From IMG/VR virus record IMGVR_UViG_3300014050_000018, positions 1 through 64,000 of that record: a stretch of 64,000 nt of DNA, one strand, 5' to 3'. A model generated the notes under the pieces. It had not been told where the DNA came from, did not search any database, and saw nothing but the letters and a program-made list of their open reading frames with translations. Origin of the DNA: an uncultured virus (IMG/VR IMGVR_UViG_3300014050_000018) (lineage: Duplodnaviria; Heunggongvirae; Uroviricota; Caudoviricetes). The position numbers were made by a program, and so were the translations under genes. Positions 1 through 8,545 of this stretch are shown here, piece after piece. The first letter of the stretch is position 1, and every line of letters begins with the position of its first letter.

Positions 1-146
1 CGTGGCAGGCCGGAGCGCACAGCAAGGCCAGGCCTCTACGCCAGACCAATTGTCACAGTTGGAGGGTGGGGGTTACAGCGTGCTGGGCAAAGACTCACAG
101 CTGTGCGATTGTGGGTTTAAAGACCAACTGAATACTAGTGCACGTT

Positions 147-599
147 ATGCTTACAACACTATTCACGACCCAGATTCTTCCTGGGCTCGTCTCCGCGGCC
201 AGTGGTGCTATCTTCGGTGCCGTGATTGCCGGCTGGGATAAACTCGCGGCCAAGTACATGCTGGCCAAGATCGGCCCTTCCATCAAAACCGTTTACAACA
301 TCATCGACCCCATCCTCGACGCCAACCTGGCTTCGTGGGAAGGATCGGATGTTGACCGTGTTATCGGTCTCGTGATCAATACCGTGGCCGATGGCAAACT
401 CTCTGCTGATGAGGTTAACAAAGCGGTCAAACTCATCTCCGAACTGTGGCTTCCCCAGATCGCCACCCAAAAGACAAAGGATGGTGTGATCGGTACCAAG
501 GAACTTGCCATCGCAGAAAAAATTCGGGCTGCCGTAGAGACTAAGACTCTCGACACACCCGAATTGATTAAGACTGTTAAGGAACTGTACGTAGGCTGA
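147..599 (+). CDS. hypothetical protein, N-terminal hydrophobic segment; distant paralog of 29696-30262
   Basis: ORF; ATG at 147 lies 24 nt after GTTTAAAG (115-122). Confidence 0.7.
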   Translation: MLTTLFTTQILPGLVSAASGAIFGAVIAGWDKLAAKYMLAKIGPSIKTVYNIIDPILDANLASWEGSDVDRVIGLVINTVADGKLSADEVNKAVKLISELWLPQIATQKTKDGVIGTKELAIAEKIRAAVETKTLDTPELIKTVKELYVG

Positions 600-614
600 T
601 CTGATCCCACGGGA

Positions 615-1379
615 TCATAGATCGAATACGTGCTTCATAAACCACGCTTTGAACCTCTGCCTCCGAGTCATAACAGGCTCGGGAGCTTTTTGCTGCGCGG
701 GAAATACGTCCGTAGGGTGCATTGGTACAGGCTCGTTTTTGATTGCCTCCAGAGCTTCCGCGATGGCTGGGAACTGTTGGTTGAAGATCTCACGACAGGC
801 AATGGCGATGTCCATGTGCTCCTTCTGCGTACCGTTGGCACCTCGGAGATCGATGTAGTGCATCCATGAGCGGAGGGTGCCGTGCATGTAGATCCGACTC
901 GGGGAGTTCATCGGCAGGACCTTACGGGCGCACTCCTTCGCCACTCCGGCCTCGAGCATATCATCGTAGAGCTCCTGGACCTCGGAGAATAGCATGCGCG
1001 TACGTTGCATGAAAGCGATGACAAGTTCCGGGTCGAGGTCGTCTACGGAGTTCTGACGGTTCTTGGTGTCCTGACGGCGTAACTCGGGAAGTTGGAGTTG
1101 GCCCAGGTCCTTCACATCGGCGTATCGCTGCGAGAACTCCTGAAAGCTGAACGATCTATGCCTGATGATCTGGGCGGCGATGTCCCTGGTGGTGTTGATC
1201 TCCACGGCCATAGAGGCCATCTCAAACGGGCTCCAGTGCCGGTGTTTGATGAGGTACTTGATGAGACGCGATGCCGTATCGTAGTTCCCCTGGTTCTTAG
1301 GTGCCGACACACGCGCCATGTCGGTGATGAGGTGCTCGGCCTCGGGGGTAGCGTGGACGAGTTTGACCAGTTCTTGCAT
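615..1379 (-). CDS. thyX: flavin-dependent thymidylate synthase
   Basis: HWSPFE, QIIRHRSFSFQEFSQRY (RHRx7SxR motif), ECARKVLP, LRSWMHYIDLR. Confidence 0.96.
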   Translation of the reverse strand: MQELVKLVHATPEAEHLITDMARVSAPKNQGNYDTASRLIKYLIKHRHWSPFEMASMAVEINTTRDIAAQIIRHRSFSFQEFSQRYADVKDLGQLQLPELRRQDTKNRQNSVDDLDPELVIAFMQRTRMLFSEVQELYDDMLEAGVAKECARKVLPMNSPSRIYMHGTLRSWMHYIDLRGANGTQKEHMDIAIACREIFNQQFPAIAEALEAIKNEPVPMHPTDVFPAQQKAPEPVMTRRQRFKAWFMKHVFDL

Positions 1380-1415
1380 AAAAAGAGAGGGAGGATTTCT
1401 CCTCCCATTTTATCA
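1380..1415 (-). terminator. intrinsic-terminator-like hairpin overlapping an extended -10 promoter of thyX
   Basis: minus strand TGA-TAAAAT-GGGAGGA-GAAA-TCCTCCC-TCTCTTTTT-ATG. Confidence 0.6.
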
Positions 1416-1437
1416 TGGTTTTGGGGTTATGTCAAGG

Positions 1438-2838
1438 TCAGTAGACTTCTCTCCATTGGAGGGAGCAGGCTACGGACGCTGAGTCGCTCGGCCCGGTGGC
1501 GATCGTGCGGATAATAACCGCGTAGATCTCTGAGTCCGAGGAGTCGAAGTTCTGCGAGATAAAGTTCTTTTTGGAGGTGGTCAGGCCCCCCGTTCCAACT
1601 TCGCTACGTGAGTTCTGGGAAGTACCAGCGGAGGAGAACCCACCGAACAATGCCGAGGACCCAGTAGTAACGTACCCCGTGGCGTTAACGCAGTACTGAA
1701 CTCCGCTACTGTTATCGTCGACGTTCGTCCAGACCAATCCACCAACGTCGGTAGTTGTCAGACTCGAAACGCCGGGCAACTTAACGATCCCGTAGCGGAC
1801 CGGTTTCGTCTCCACGTAGAGACCGACGTTGGTAAGTATGGCGCTCATGCGGTTCTGCGTGCCGCCGAAGGTGTTTCTGAGGCGAATCGCCAGAACAGGT
1901 AGAGGTGATCCGCCCGGAGTTGGGGTATTTCTCATCGAGGTATTGGCCCTCTCCCAGTCTACGCCCGCCTCCTGGTAGCCTCCTTCGCTCTGCACAGTGG
2001 AGCAGATCTGGTCGAAAGATCCACCAGCAGTCGTGCCTGTATTCCTGATCTCGCATCTCACGGGGAGGTTCGGAGATGACAGGTACACCGTATCCCTCTC
2101 ATTGGAGTGGAAGTACTCGTGGGCGATTATCATGGCTCCGTTGTGCACAAATCCACATCTAACCCTACCAACTCCTAACCACTGAAAGTCGATGAAGATA
2201 AGCTGGGTCTTCGTGATGTTTAGGTTGAAGCCGCTCGGGCCGGTGCCATCGCACCGATCCACGTTCCAGTTCGCCTGGGAGATACGGCTTCCGGTCTCCA
2301 CGGGAGATCCAGTGACGTAGTTCCTAATCACCCAGTTGAGCGTGCCATTGCCGGTCTGCTCGAAATAGATTCCGTTCCTGTCATCGAAGTACCCGGTCCG
2401 CTTGGTTACATTGGTCTGTGCAGCGCCGAAGACGAATGAGGACAGGATGAGCTGGGATTTTCCTGGCTGGTACTGGTGATATAGTCTTGTCTGGTGGACG
2501 GCGTAGGACGCCGGGTCACTGGACGTGGAGAGGGTCGCCGCGGCTCTATTCGCGTTAAAGTTTACTGCACCTCCGGCATTGAGGCTATCTAGGAAGTTGG
2601 GGTCCAGCGCGTAGAGGTGCTTGTAGTCCCCGATGGTGTGTGGTTGGGAGATCCTCTGCCGGCCGAAAGCGTCTATGAATCCCGCCGAGGTTGAGGACGA
2701 CGAGCTCGATAGCGAGTACGGATCGATGATTACTCCGCGCGTATCAGCGAGCTGATGGACGTAGAACATCCGGTTATTGGCTACGCTGATAGCCTCGTCG
2801 ATGGGATGGGTCTCGCGAGGATTGCTATAAAAGGGCAT
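1438..2838 (-). CDS. putative virion structural protein (beta-rich)
   Basis: 466 aa G/S/T/N-rich ORF; DAFGRQRIS and IDFQWLGVGRVRCGF motifs recalled from aquatic phage structural proteins. Confidence 0.6.
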   Translation of the reverse strand: MPFYSNPRETHPIDEAISVANNRMFYVHQLADTRGVIIDPYSLSSSSSSTSAGFIDAFGRQRISQPHTIGDYKHLYALDPNFLDSLNAGGAVNFNANRAAATLSTSSDPASYAVHQTRLYHQYQPGKSQLILSSFVFGAAQTNVTKRTGYFDDRNGIYFEQTGNGTLNWVIRNYVTGSPVETGSRISQANWNVDRCDGTGPSGFNLNITKTQLIFIDFQWLGVGRVRCGFVHNGAMIIAHEYFHSNERDTVYLSSPNLPVRCEIRNTGTTAGGSFDQICSTVQSEGGYQEAGVDWERANTSMRNTPTPGGSPLPVLAIRLRNTFGGTQNRMSAILTNVGLYVETKPVRYGIVKLPGVSSLTTTDVGGLVWTNVDDNSSGVQYCVNATGYVTTGSSALFGGFSSAGTSQNSRSEVGTGGLTTSKKNFISQNFDSSDSEIYAVIIRTIATGPSDSASVACSLQWREVY

Positions 2839-2849
2839 GGGTCACATTC

Positions 2850-3062
2850 TCACATGTACACGTCGGTTTCCCAAGCAATAGAGCGAGTCGCAATATTGTT
2901 GTTAACGTCGTAGGTGAGGGTCTCGGTGGCTACAACTTTGCCAGACGCCCCGCCCTTCTTGTAGATTACTTGAGTAGGTCCGTGGGAAGCGGTAGCGCCG
3001 CTGTGCGCCTGGTAGTCATGGCCGGGAACCTCCCAGCCATTCTCGAATCCTGGATCTGCCAT
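2850..3062 (-). CDS. small hypothetical (probably virion) protein
   Basis: 70 aa ORF 20 nt downstream of GTTTAAAG motif (3083-3090). Confidence 0.65.
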   Translation of the reverse strand: MADPGFENGWEVPGHDYQAHSGATASHGPTQVIYKKGGASGKVVATETLTYDVNNNIATRSIAWETDVYM

Positions 3063-3092
3063 GATGTTGGGTGTATATTGGACTTTAAACCA

Positions 3093-4277
3093 CTACTTGA
3101 GGATCCTAACCACCTCACCGAAGGGGAGGTCATCGCTCTTCACGCCGCCTGGCGAGATGCACCACAGGACCGGGCAGTCCGGCTCCTGGAAGTCGTTGAG
3201 TCGGGCGCAACCGTCGGTGAACACGATGCCCAACGTCTGCACGGTGGAATCCTCGCCATGGTCACTCTGGATCTTTTTCATGACATCGACGAATGACGTA
3301 CCGCCTCCACCCTGGATTTTAGGAGTCTCCAGAATGTCCGCGATGTCGCCCTGGTGGTAGAGGTTAGTGTCGAAGTACCATAGGTCTCCGGAGATCTGCG
3401 GCAGGGCGTTAACGGCAAAGCGGAGTTCAGCGATAAACTCCGACAGGATCTCCTCGTCGACGCTCCCTGACGTATCCATGAACACCATGACGTGAATCCT
3501 ACCACCTCCGAGGTCATCGAGGTACTGCCCGGAATGAATGAAGCGGCGATCGTAGCCCTCGAAGTCGGTGCGGGAGGCGGTGATGTACTTGTACAGAGCG
3601 TCCCTCCAGTCGATTGTTGGCTCGAGGAGGTCGTTGAAGATGCGCTTCAGTCCTGCTCCGTGGAGCCCGAAGGACTTCGTCCGGGCGATCGTGGCAGCTT
3701 TGTTGAGGATGTCCTTCCAGTTAATCTTTCTCCCAGGACCGTCCTTAGAATCACCGGATTTATCGCCAGAAGCGCCAGGTTTGTTGCCGTTGCCAGGCTG
3801 AAGGCAGTAATTAACGTCCCCGTCTCCCGTACCGTACTTCTTCCTGAGGTAGTCAGGATCCTTCTGCTGCTTCTGGCGCAGGATGTTGTAGATCTCGCGG
3901 ACACTCAGGTGCTTGAGATCGTCGTCGTGGATCGCTTCTTCGGGCAGGGACATGCGGTTATCGCGGATGATCCCATTGACGACGATATCCGCGGCGATGT
4001 TGGAGGTCATCGGGTCGGTCATGAACACGTCCTTCATCCGCTCGATATGCTCCAGGGCCATGTGCAGTACCTCGTGGAGCAGGATGGACTGAAAGTGCTC
4101 CTGGGTCTGCGACTCCATGAAGGTGGGGTTGAGCATCAGGGTGCCGCCATCGGTGGCGGCGGTGGAGATGTCATCGGTGACTCGGTAGGGGGCGTTGAGC
4201 AGCAGGGTGCCGAAGAACGGCGACTCGCGTAGGAGCTTTACCCTGGACTTGACGAGGCGTTCTTCGATGGTTGGCAT
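3093..4277 (-). CDS. HExxH metallopeptidase-like plus vWA domain protein (DUF2201-like), partner of MoxR-type AAA ATPase
   Basis: TAATDG, LLHEVLHMALEH, DTSGSV MIDAS, GGGGTSF, FTDG; start moved to ATG 4277, downstream of TAGAAT at 4300-4305. Confidence 0.88.
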   Translation of the reverse strand: MPTIEERLVKSRVKLLRESPFFGTLLLNAPYRVTDDISTAATDGGTLMLNPTFMESQTQEHFQSILLHEVLHMALEHIERMKDVFMTDPMTSNIAADIVVNGIIRDNRMSLPEEAIHDDDLKHLSVREIYNILRQKQQKDPDYLRKKYGTGDGDVNYCLQPGNGNKPGASGDKSGDSKDGPGRKINWKDILNKAATIARTKSFGLHGAGLKRIFNDLLEPTIDWRDALYKYITASRTDFEGYDRRFIHSGQYLDDLGGGRIHVMVFMDTSGSVDEEILSEFIAELRFAVNALPQISGDLWYFDTNLYHQGDIADILETPKIQGGGGTSFVDVMKKIQSDHGEDSTVQTLGIVFTDGCARLNDFQEPDCPVLWCISPGGVKSDDLPFGEVVRILK

Positions 4278-4320
4278 AAGCACTTCGGGGTATATAGTCA
4301 TTCTATACTAGAAAACGCCC

Positions 4321-4563
4321 TCAGGGGGCGTCTTGTAGTCGGTTTGTAATGTGGCTACCGCTCTCGTACCCCGCAACGTACGCCGCGTGGACCCATTTGT
4401 ACATGGCCTCCTTGAGTGTTTTCTCGTCTTTGGTTTCGCAGTCCGTATAGAACCACTCACTGCGGAAGGAGAAGTTGAAGAGTTCGTGGAACCACTCGGC
4501 GAATTCTTCTTCCGCATTGTCGCTCCAGTTCCAGTCGTTGGCGGGGTGGCGTGGTGCTGTCAT
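4321..4563 (-). CDS. hypothetical protein
   Basis: ORF MTAPRHPANDW..., ATGA-coupled to upstream gene. Confidence 0.6.
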   Translation of the reverse strand: MTAPRHPANDWNWSDNAEEEFAEWFHELFNFSFRSEWFYTDCETKDEKTLKEAMYKWVHAAYVAGYESGSHITNRLQDAP

Positions 4564-4736
4564 TTGGCCCTCATGCAGGCGATCACCGCGTCCCTCGCGC
4601 TTCGGCCCTTGGCATGGAGCATGGGCCACCCGCTACTTATAAACCTCCAGGAGTGCTGTCCGTTCATCTGAGGTGAGTGCATCTGGAATTGGTTGAGCAG
4701 GAATTCTAGGATCTCGGCGTCTGTAGGTTCAGTCAT
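4560..4736 (-). CDS. hypothetical protein (58 aa, not in ORF track)
   Basis: read manually: MTEPTDAEILEFLLNQF...IACMRAK*; overlaps both neighbours. Confidence 0.6.
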   Translation of the reverse strand: MTEPTDAEILEFLLNQFQMHSPQMNGQHSWRFISSGWPMLHAKGRSARDAVIACMRAK

Positions 4737-4917
4737 AGATTCTCGGTTGCTGCGGGTCCTCTTTCCAACTCCTTATAAAGCACAGGTGCGGCTCCGTTTT
4801 ATGATCCATCTGAGCCATCCAGTGCACGCCATTCTCGTCGATGGCATCGAGGTAGTGGATGCGGGTCTTGGGGTCTATGGCACGCGTGACCGAGACGAAT
4901 TTCACTGTTCTTGTCAT
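4729..4917 (-). CDS. hypothetical protein
   Basis: MTRTVKFVSVTR... in packed small-ORF cluster. Confidence 0.55.
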   Translation of the reverse strand: MTRTVKFVSVTRAIDPKTRIHYLDAIDENGVHWMAQMDHKTEPHLCFIRSWKEDPQQPRIYD

Positions 4918-4918
4918 C

Positions 4919-5122
4919 TCATCCTCCGATGTCACCGTCAATTATAACAGGTTCTACCTCACCGCAGACAACTTCTGCGCTCATACTTTCCATAATCGCG
5001 ATTATCTTTTCCATAGTTCGTTCTCTAGTTTCTTGTTTCCACTTGCTATGTCCAACAACATTCAGACTTCTGTGGAGGGTATCGACGACGACCATCAGGT
5101 CGGCAGCGTTTAGTTTGGTCAT
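4919..5122 (-). CDS. hypothetical protein
   Basis: ORF track, coupled to neighbours. Confidence 0.55.
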   Translation of the reverse strand: MTKLNAADLMVVVDTLHRSLNVVGHSKWKQETRERTMEKIIAIMESMSAEVVCGEVEPVIIDGDIGG

Positions 5123-5319
5123 TTCTGGTTTTCCTGAAGCTTCAAGTACTCGTAAGAGTACTTACATTTCTGTGGTTGTTCCGTGCAGAACACAATACCA
5201 TCATTCTTTCCATCTACCACACCATCATCAAACCCAAAACGAGTTCCTAAAAGAAATGCAACACCAATGGTTGCGAGAATACCAAGACAAACCGTTCCAA
5301 TAGCAAAATCATCGTTCAT
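5119..5319 (-). CDS. small membrane-anchored hypothetical protein
   Basis: N-terminal hydrophobic helix. Confidence 0.55.
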   Translation of the reverse strand: MNDDFAIGTVCLGILATIGVAFLLGTRFGFDDGVVDGKNDGIVFCTEQPQKCKYSYEYLKLQENQK

Positions 5320-5320
5320 T

Positions 5321-5542
5321 TTACTTTACCTCGTTAAAGAATACAGGAACTTCACCACACATTTTAGTTGCGGAATTGGTGTTTAGACCATAAGACTTCC
5401 TACATTCTATCACAATCTCATAGGTTTTTTGGAACATCAGTCGGTCCTGTTGAGTATTGTAAGTGTTCAGTAGTTCTACTGAAAGAAAATAGCCGGTCAC
5501 GATGAGAAGTGGAATGACAAAGGCAAAGATAAGTGGTTTCAT
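5321..5542 (-). CDS. small membrane-anchored hypothetical protein
   Basis: N-terminal hydrophobic helix. Confidence 0.55.
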   Translation of the reverse strand: MKPLIFAFVIPLLIVTGYFLSVELLNTYNTQQDRLMFQKTYEIVIECRKSYGLNTNSATKMCGEVPVFFNEVK

Positions 5543-5730
5543 AACGCGTCGATCTCGTTGGCGATCTCCTCAAGGACGTCTGAGGGGTGCTGGAGTTCTC
5601 CCCAGTCGGTGCAGAGCCGGTTGGCGCACTCGTGGATCGCGGTGGCCAGGGCCTCTCTCATGTCATCGGTGGGCGGCGCGATCAGCTCACCGCAGAACTC
5701 GTTCCAGATGTGCTTCGCTCTCTCAGTCAT
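5539..5730 (-). CDS. hypothetical protein
   Basis: ORF track, overlapping neighbours. Confidence 0.55.
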   Translation of the reverse strand: MTERAKHIWNEFCGELIAPPTDDMREALATAIHECANRLCTDWGELQHPSDVLEEIANEIDAL

Positions 5731-5926
5731 AGTAGGTGTCCTCCTCGATCATTTTACGCATGGTCTTCTCGCTGATGATGTCCCGCTCCAGCTCGTGAGG
5801 CGGGGCGACTTTCAGATAGATCTGGTAGTGATACTCGTTCATGCACTCGGATGGAATGTAGCCATTGTACGAGCTAAGTTTCTTGATCGCTTTCATCATC
5901 AGCTCGTCTTCCTCCAGCTCCGTCAC
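5723..5926 (-). CDS. hypothetical protein
   Basis: ORF track, overlapping neighbours. Confidence 0.55.
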   Translation of the reverse strand: MTELEEDELMMKAIKKLSSYNGYIPSECMNEYHYQIYLKVAPPHELERDIISEKTMRKMIEEDTYYD

Positions 5927-6366
5927 CGCACCCTCTCCATCTTAGGCAGTGGCTCGTCACCCCACTTCATCGGCGGGTCGTAGTTCACGGTCATCATCTC
6001 CGGCCACTTGCGCTCCGAATCCTCCGACTCCACAACTCCCTGCTCCACGGCCCTCTCCCACGACAGTTTGTGGCGGATGACGCAGTGCAGGTCGTACAGG
6101 ATCCCGTTGTCTTCGGGCAGGGAGGGGTGACCGATCCCCAGCGACGAAACCCCTCCGTCGATTCCGGCAATCATGTACCTGGAGAGGATCTGGCCGATCA
6201 GCCTCATGTCCTCGTGGAGGTTCGTGTAGTCGACGGGATAGCGCAGAGGAAGGTAATCCTCGATCTCGCGCCACTGTCCCAACTGCACCCTCTGGAGCAG
6301 GTCCGTGGCATCCTGGATGGCTTTAGCCTGCTTCTCGGTGATCGTGAGTGTGTAGGTTTTGGTCAT
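5923..6366 (-). CDS. hypothetical protein
   Basis: 147 aa ORF, 4-nt overlaps on both sides. Confidence 0.65.
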   Translation of the reverse strand: MTKTYTLTITEKQAKAIQDATDLLQRVQLGQWREIEDYLPLRYPVDYTNLHEDMRLIGQILSRYMIAGIDGGVSSLGIGHPSLPEDNGILYDLHCVIRHKLSWERAVEQGVVESEDSERKWPEMMTVNYDPPMKWGDEPLPKMERVR

Positions 6367-6680
6367 TGCTCTGCGGCGACAGTTTGAGGAGGTGCTGGAG
6401 GAACTGGTGGCGGGGGGAGGACGGGAGGTTGCACCGCCGGTTGTTTGGTGACTGCTGGCGCAGGTAGTTGCGCAGGAGCCGGAGGGTCTATGGTCTTGGT
6501 CTGTTGCTCAAGATCGGAGATCTGTTTCTGAAGCTCTGTGATATGCTGCTCGTAGGGGTTACTCTGCTCCTCGGCGGGTTTTACGCCGCTCTCCTGTGCT
6601 AACTTCCATCCTGCTGCCCCGGCGCCGAAGATGCTGGCCAGGGCTGCAACTACGGAAACAGTGGATTGGAACTTGCTCAT
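6363..6680 (-). CDS. membrane-anchored coiled-coil, proline-rich protein
   Basis: N-terminal TM, heptad segment, P-rich tail. Confidence 0.6.
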   Translation of the reverse strand: MSKFQSTVSVVAALASIFGAGAAGWKLAQESGVKPAEEQSNPYEQHITELQKQISDLEQQTKTIDPPAPAQLPAPAVTKQPAVQPPVLPPPPVPPAPPQTVAAEQ

Positions 6681-6723
6681 ACGGTGGGTTGGAGTTTGTG
6701 AGTTGGAAGGGAGTCAGCGGAGC

Positions 6724-7719
6724 TCAGCGAAGGAGCTCCTGGTACTTGGTGATGAAGGCCTTGATCTGCGGATCCTTAGCAACCAGCTTGACAAAAGTCC
6801 CCTGGAGGTTGTTGGCTTTCATGGCGATCATAGCGTCCCCCATGAACAGGCCGACGTAATCCTCCGTGGTGCCACCGATCAACCACTTCATGGCGTTGAA
6901 GAACGCTTGGGCCGACTTGGCGCGGGAGACAAGCGAGCCGCACACGGCGTACATCAACGAGGGTTCCTTAGGCACATCGATCTTCTCACCGGCGAGAACG
7001 GCGTCAACATCCGGCAGGCGGGAGTAGATGGATTGGTAGGCGTAGAACTCAGCGGCGGTACCTTCGCCCACTGCCGCGTCTACTTCCAGGCCGATGTTGA
7101 GGAGCGTGCTGGCAAAATCCCAGCTACGTGGCGATGGCCACGCGGTGGCATTCTTATTGAAGCTGAACAGCAACTGCGGGCGGAAGTTCAGGAAGGAGAC
7201 GATCTGCTCGTTCACCCCGCTGCAGATGGCGTACTCCTTCCACGAGGAGAGATCCGACTCCACATTGAAGTGGATGAAGCGGTTGGCCACAGGCGCGGGC
7301 ATCTGGGAAACAGCGGCTCGGTCTTCGGCGCGGTTCCCCGCGGCGACAATGAACCAGCCTTCGGGCACAACGTAATCGCCGACCTGTCGGTCGAGGATGA
7401 GCTGCTGAGCGATGCTCATCATCGAAGGCGAGGCCATGTTGAACTCGTCGACAAAGAGGATGCCCTTGCCCTCGGTGGGTAGGAAGGACGGAGGGGCGAA
7501 CTTAGCCTGCCCGTTCTCAATGTAGGGGAGGCCACGGATGTCCGTAGGAGCCAGCTGGGAGATGCGGAGGTCTGTGAGCTGGAGATCGTTCTCCGCGGCA
7601 ACTTTTCTCACGATGGAGCTCTTACCGATACCCGGGGGCCCCCACAGGAACACCGAGTGCTTAATGCCATTGGAGATGACCTTGGTGAGGGCGGACTGGA
7701 CGTCGGAGATGGTTGCCAT
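6724..7719 (-). CDS. MoxR-like AAA+ ATPase
   Basis: Walker A GPPGIGKS, Walker B LFVDE, VAAGN, ANRF, PSPRSW. Confidence 0.92.
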   Translation of the reverse strand: MATISDVQSALTKVISNGIKHSVFLWGPPGIGKSSIVRKVAAENDLQLTDLRISQLAPTDIRGLPYIENGQAKFAPPSFLPTEGKGILFVDEFNMASPSMMSIAQQLILDRQVGDYVVPEGWFIVAAGNRAEDRAAVSQMPAPVANRFIHFNVESDLSSWKEYAICSGVNEQIVSFLNFRPQLLFSFNKNATAWPSPRSWDFASTLLNIGLEVDAAVGEGTAAEFYAYQSIYSRLPDVDAVLAGEKIDVPKEPSLMYAVCGSLVSRAKSAQAFFNAMKWLIGGTTEDYVGLFMGDAMIAMKANNLQGTFVKLVAKDPQIKAFITKYQELLR

Positions 7720-7742
7720 GGAGGATTCAGGTTTGTCCCCTC

Positions 7743-7799
7743 ATCCTACCAGAGACAAGGGGCCCCTCGCGGGACCCCTGTGACAGTTCTTAAAGTGGC
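7743..7799 (-). promoter_or_regulatory. putative early promoter: -10 TAGGAT plus upstream GCCACTTTAAGAACTGTCAC element
   Basis: same element and same 31-nt spacing recur at 21398-21454. Confidence 0.6.
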
Positions 7800-7831
7800 C
7801 TCGGGGCTACGCCCCTCGGAGTAAGACCGGC

Positions 7832-8287
7832 TCAGGCGATATCCACGGACTTGGGTTTCTGTTCCTCGGGTACGAGCTTCTCCAGCTCCACGGTGAGAAG
7901 GCCGTGGGCGAATCGCGCGCTCCGTACCTCTACGTCCTTGCCAACATAGAACCTAGCGGAGAAGTCCCGGCGTGCCATGCCGCGATAGGTGTACTCCCGC
8001 TCCTCTTTCTTATCAGAGTTGGTCTTACTCGAGACGACGAGATGGCCATTGTCCATCTTGACGTCGAGAGAGGCTTTGTCGTAACCCGCCAGAGCAAACT
8101 CCATGAAGTAGGTGTACGGGCTTCCGTCGAGCATCCTGTACACGTTGTACTTCGGGAACGAAGTCTGCTGCTTGGGCGCCTCGAGCATGCTCATGGCCAG
8201 GTCGAGTAGGTCCTTCTCGTGCTTCATGGAAGCCTCCGAGTTGAATCGTTTGTAGGATTGCGGGGTTGTGAAGAATAGGTCGATCAT
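7832..8287 (-). CDS. small heat shock protein (Hsp20)
   Basis: FPKYNV, EFALAGY, YTYRGMARRDF, GLLTVEL, VPEEQKP. Confidence 0.93.
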   Translation of the reverse strand: MIDLFFTTPQSYKRFNSEASMKHEKDLLDLAMSMLEAPKQQTSFPKYNVYRMLDGSPYTYFMEFALAGYDKASLDVKMDNGHLVVSSKTNSDKKEEREYTYRGMARRDFSARFYVGKDVEVRSARFAHGLLTVELEKLVPEEQKPKSVDIA

Positions 8288-8347
8288 CGGTTTACCTTGG
8301 ATAAGCGTAAGTAGGGCCGGCCCGAAGTGGCGCCTTCCCTATCTATA

Positions 8348-8545
8348 TTATAATCCAAGGCTGAGCTGAATCGCCGGTGGAGATCCCCACTCTTTCGGTA
8401 GCAATTCCCCACCCGTGGCCTCACGGGCGAAGATCTCCTTCATCTCCTGGTGCGGAAGTCCGCAATAGCTGGCGGCCTGGGGAACGTTCCAGCGTGCGGT
8501 ATAGAGCATATCGAGTGCGTGGTCGAGTTTTACCCTATCCGTCAT
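8348..8545 (-). CDS. small HTH-like protein ending in QLSLGL
   Basis: WNVPQAASYCGL helix-turn-helix-like pattern; ATGA-coupled to endolysin. Confidence 0.6.
   Translation of the reverse strand: MTDRVKLDHALDMLYTARWNVPQAASYCGLPHQEMKEIFAREATGGELLPKEWGSPPAIQLSLGL

Noticed and set aside
52..71. GTCACAGTT as a third copy of the early upstream element
   Set aside because: Only half the element matches and there is no -10 hexamer at the 31-nt spacing.
7340..7385. VVPEGWFIV in the AAA ATPase as another tag instance
   Set aside because: It lies in the conserved GDYxxPxGWxIVAAGN stretch before sensor 1 of this ATPase family, inside a folded domain; probably coincidental.
6631..7482. Long antisense ORFs (also 3492-4232, 21289-22041, 49476-50165, 53830-54537)
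   Set aside because: Shadows of well-supported genes on the opposite strand in GC-rich coding DNA; no recognisable motifs.
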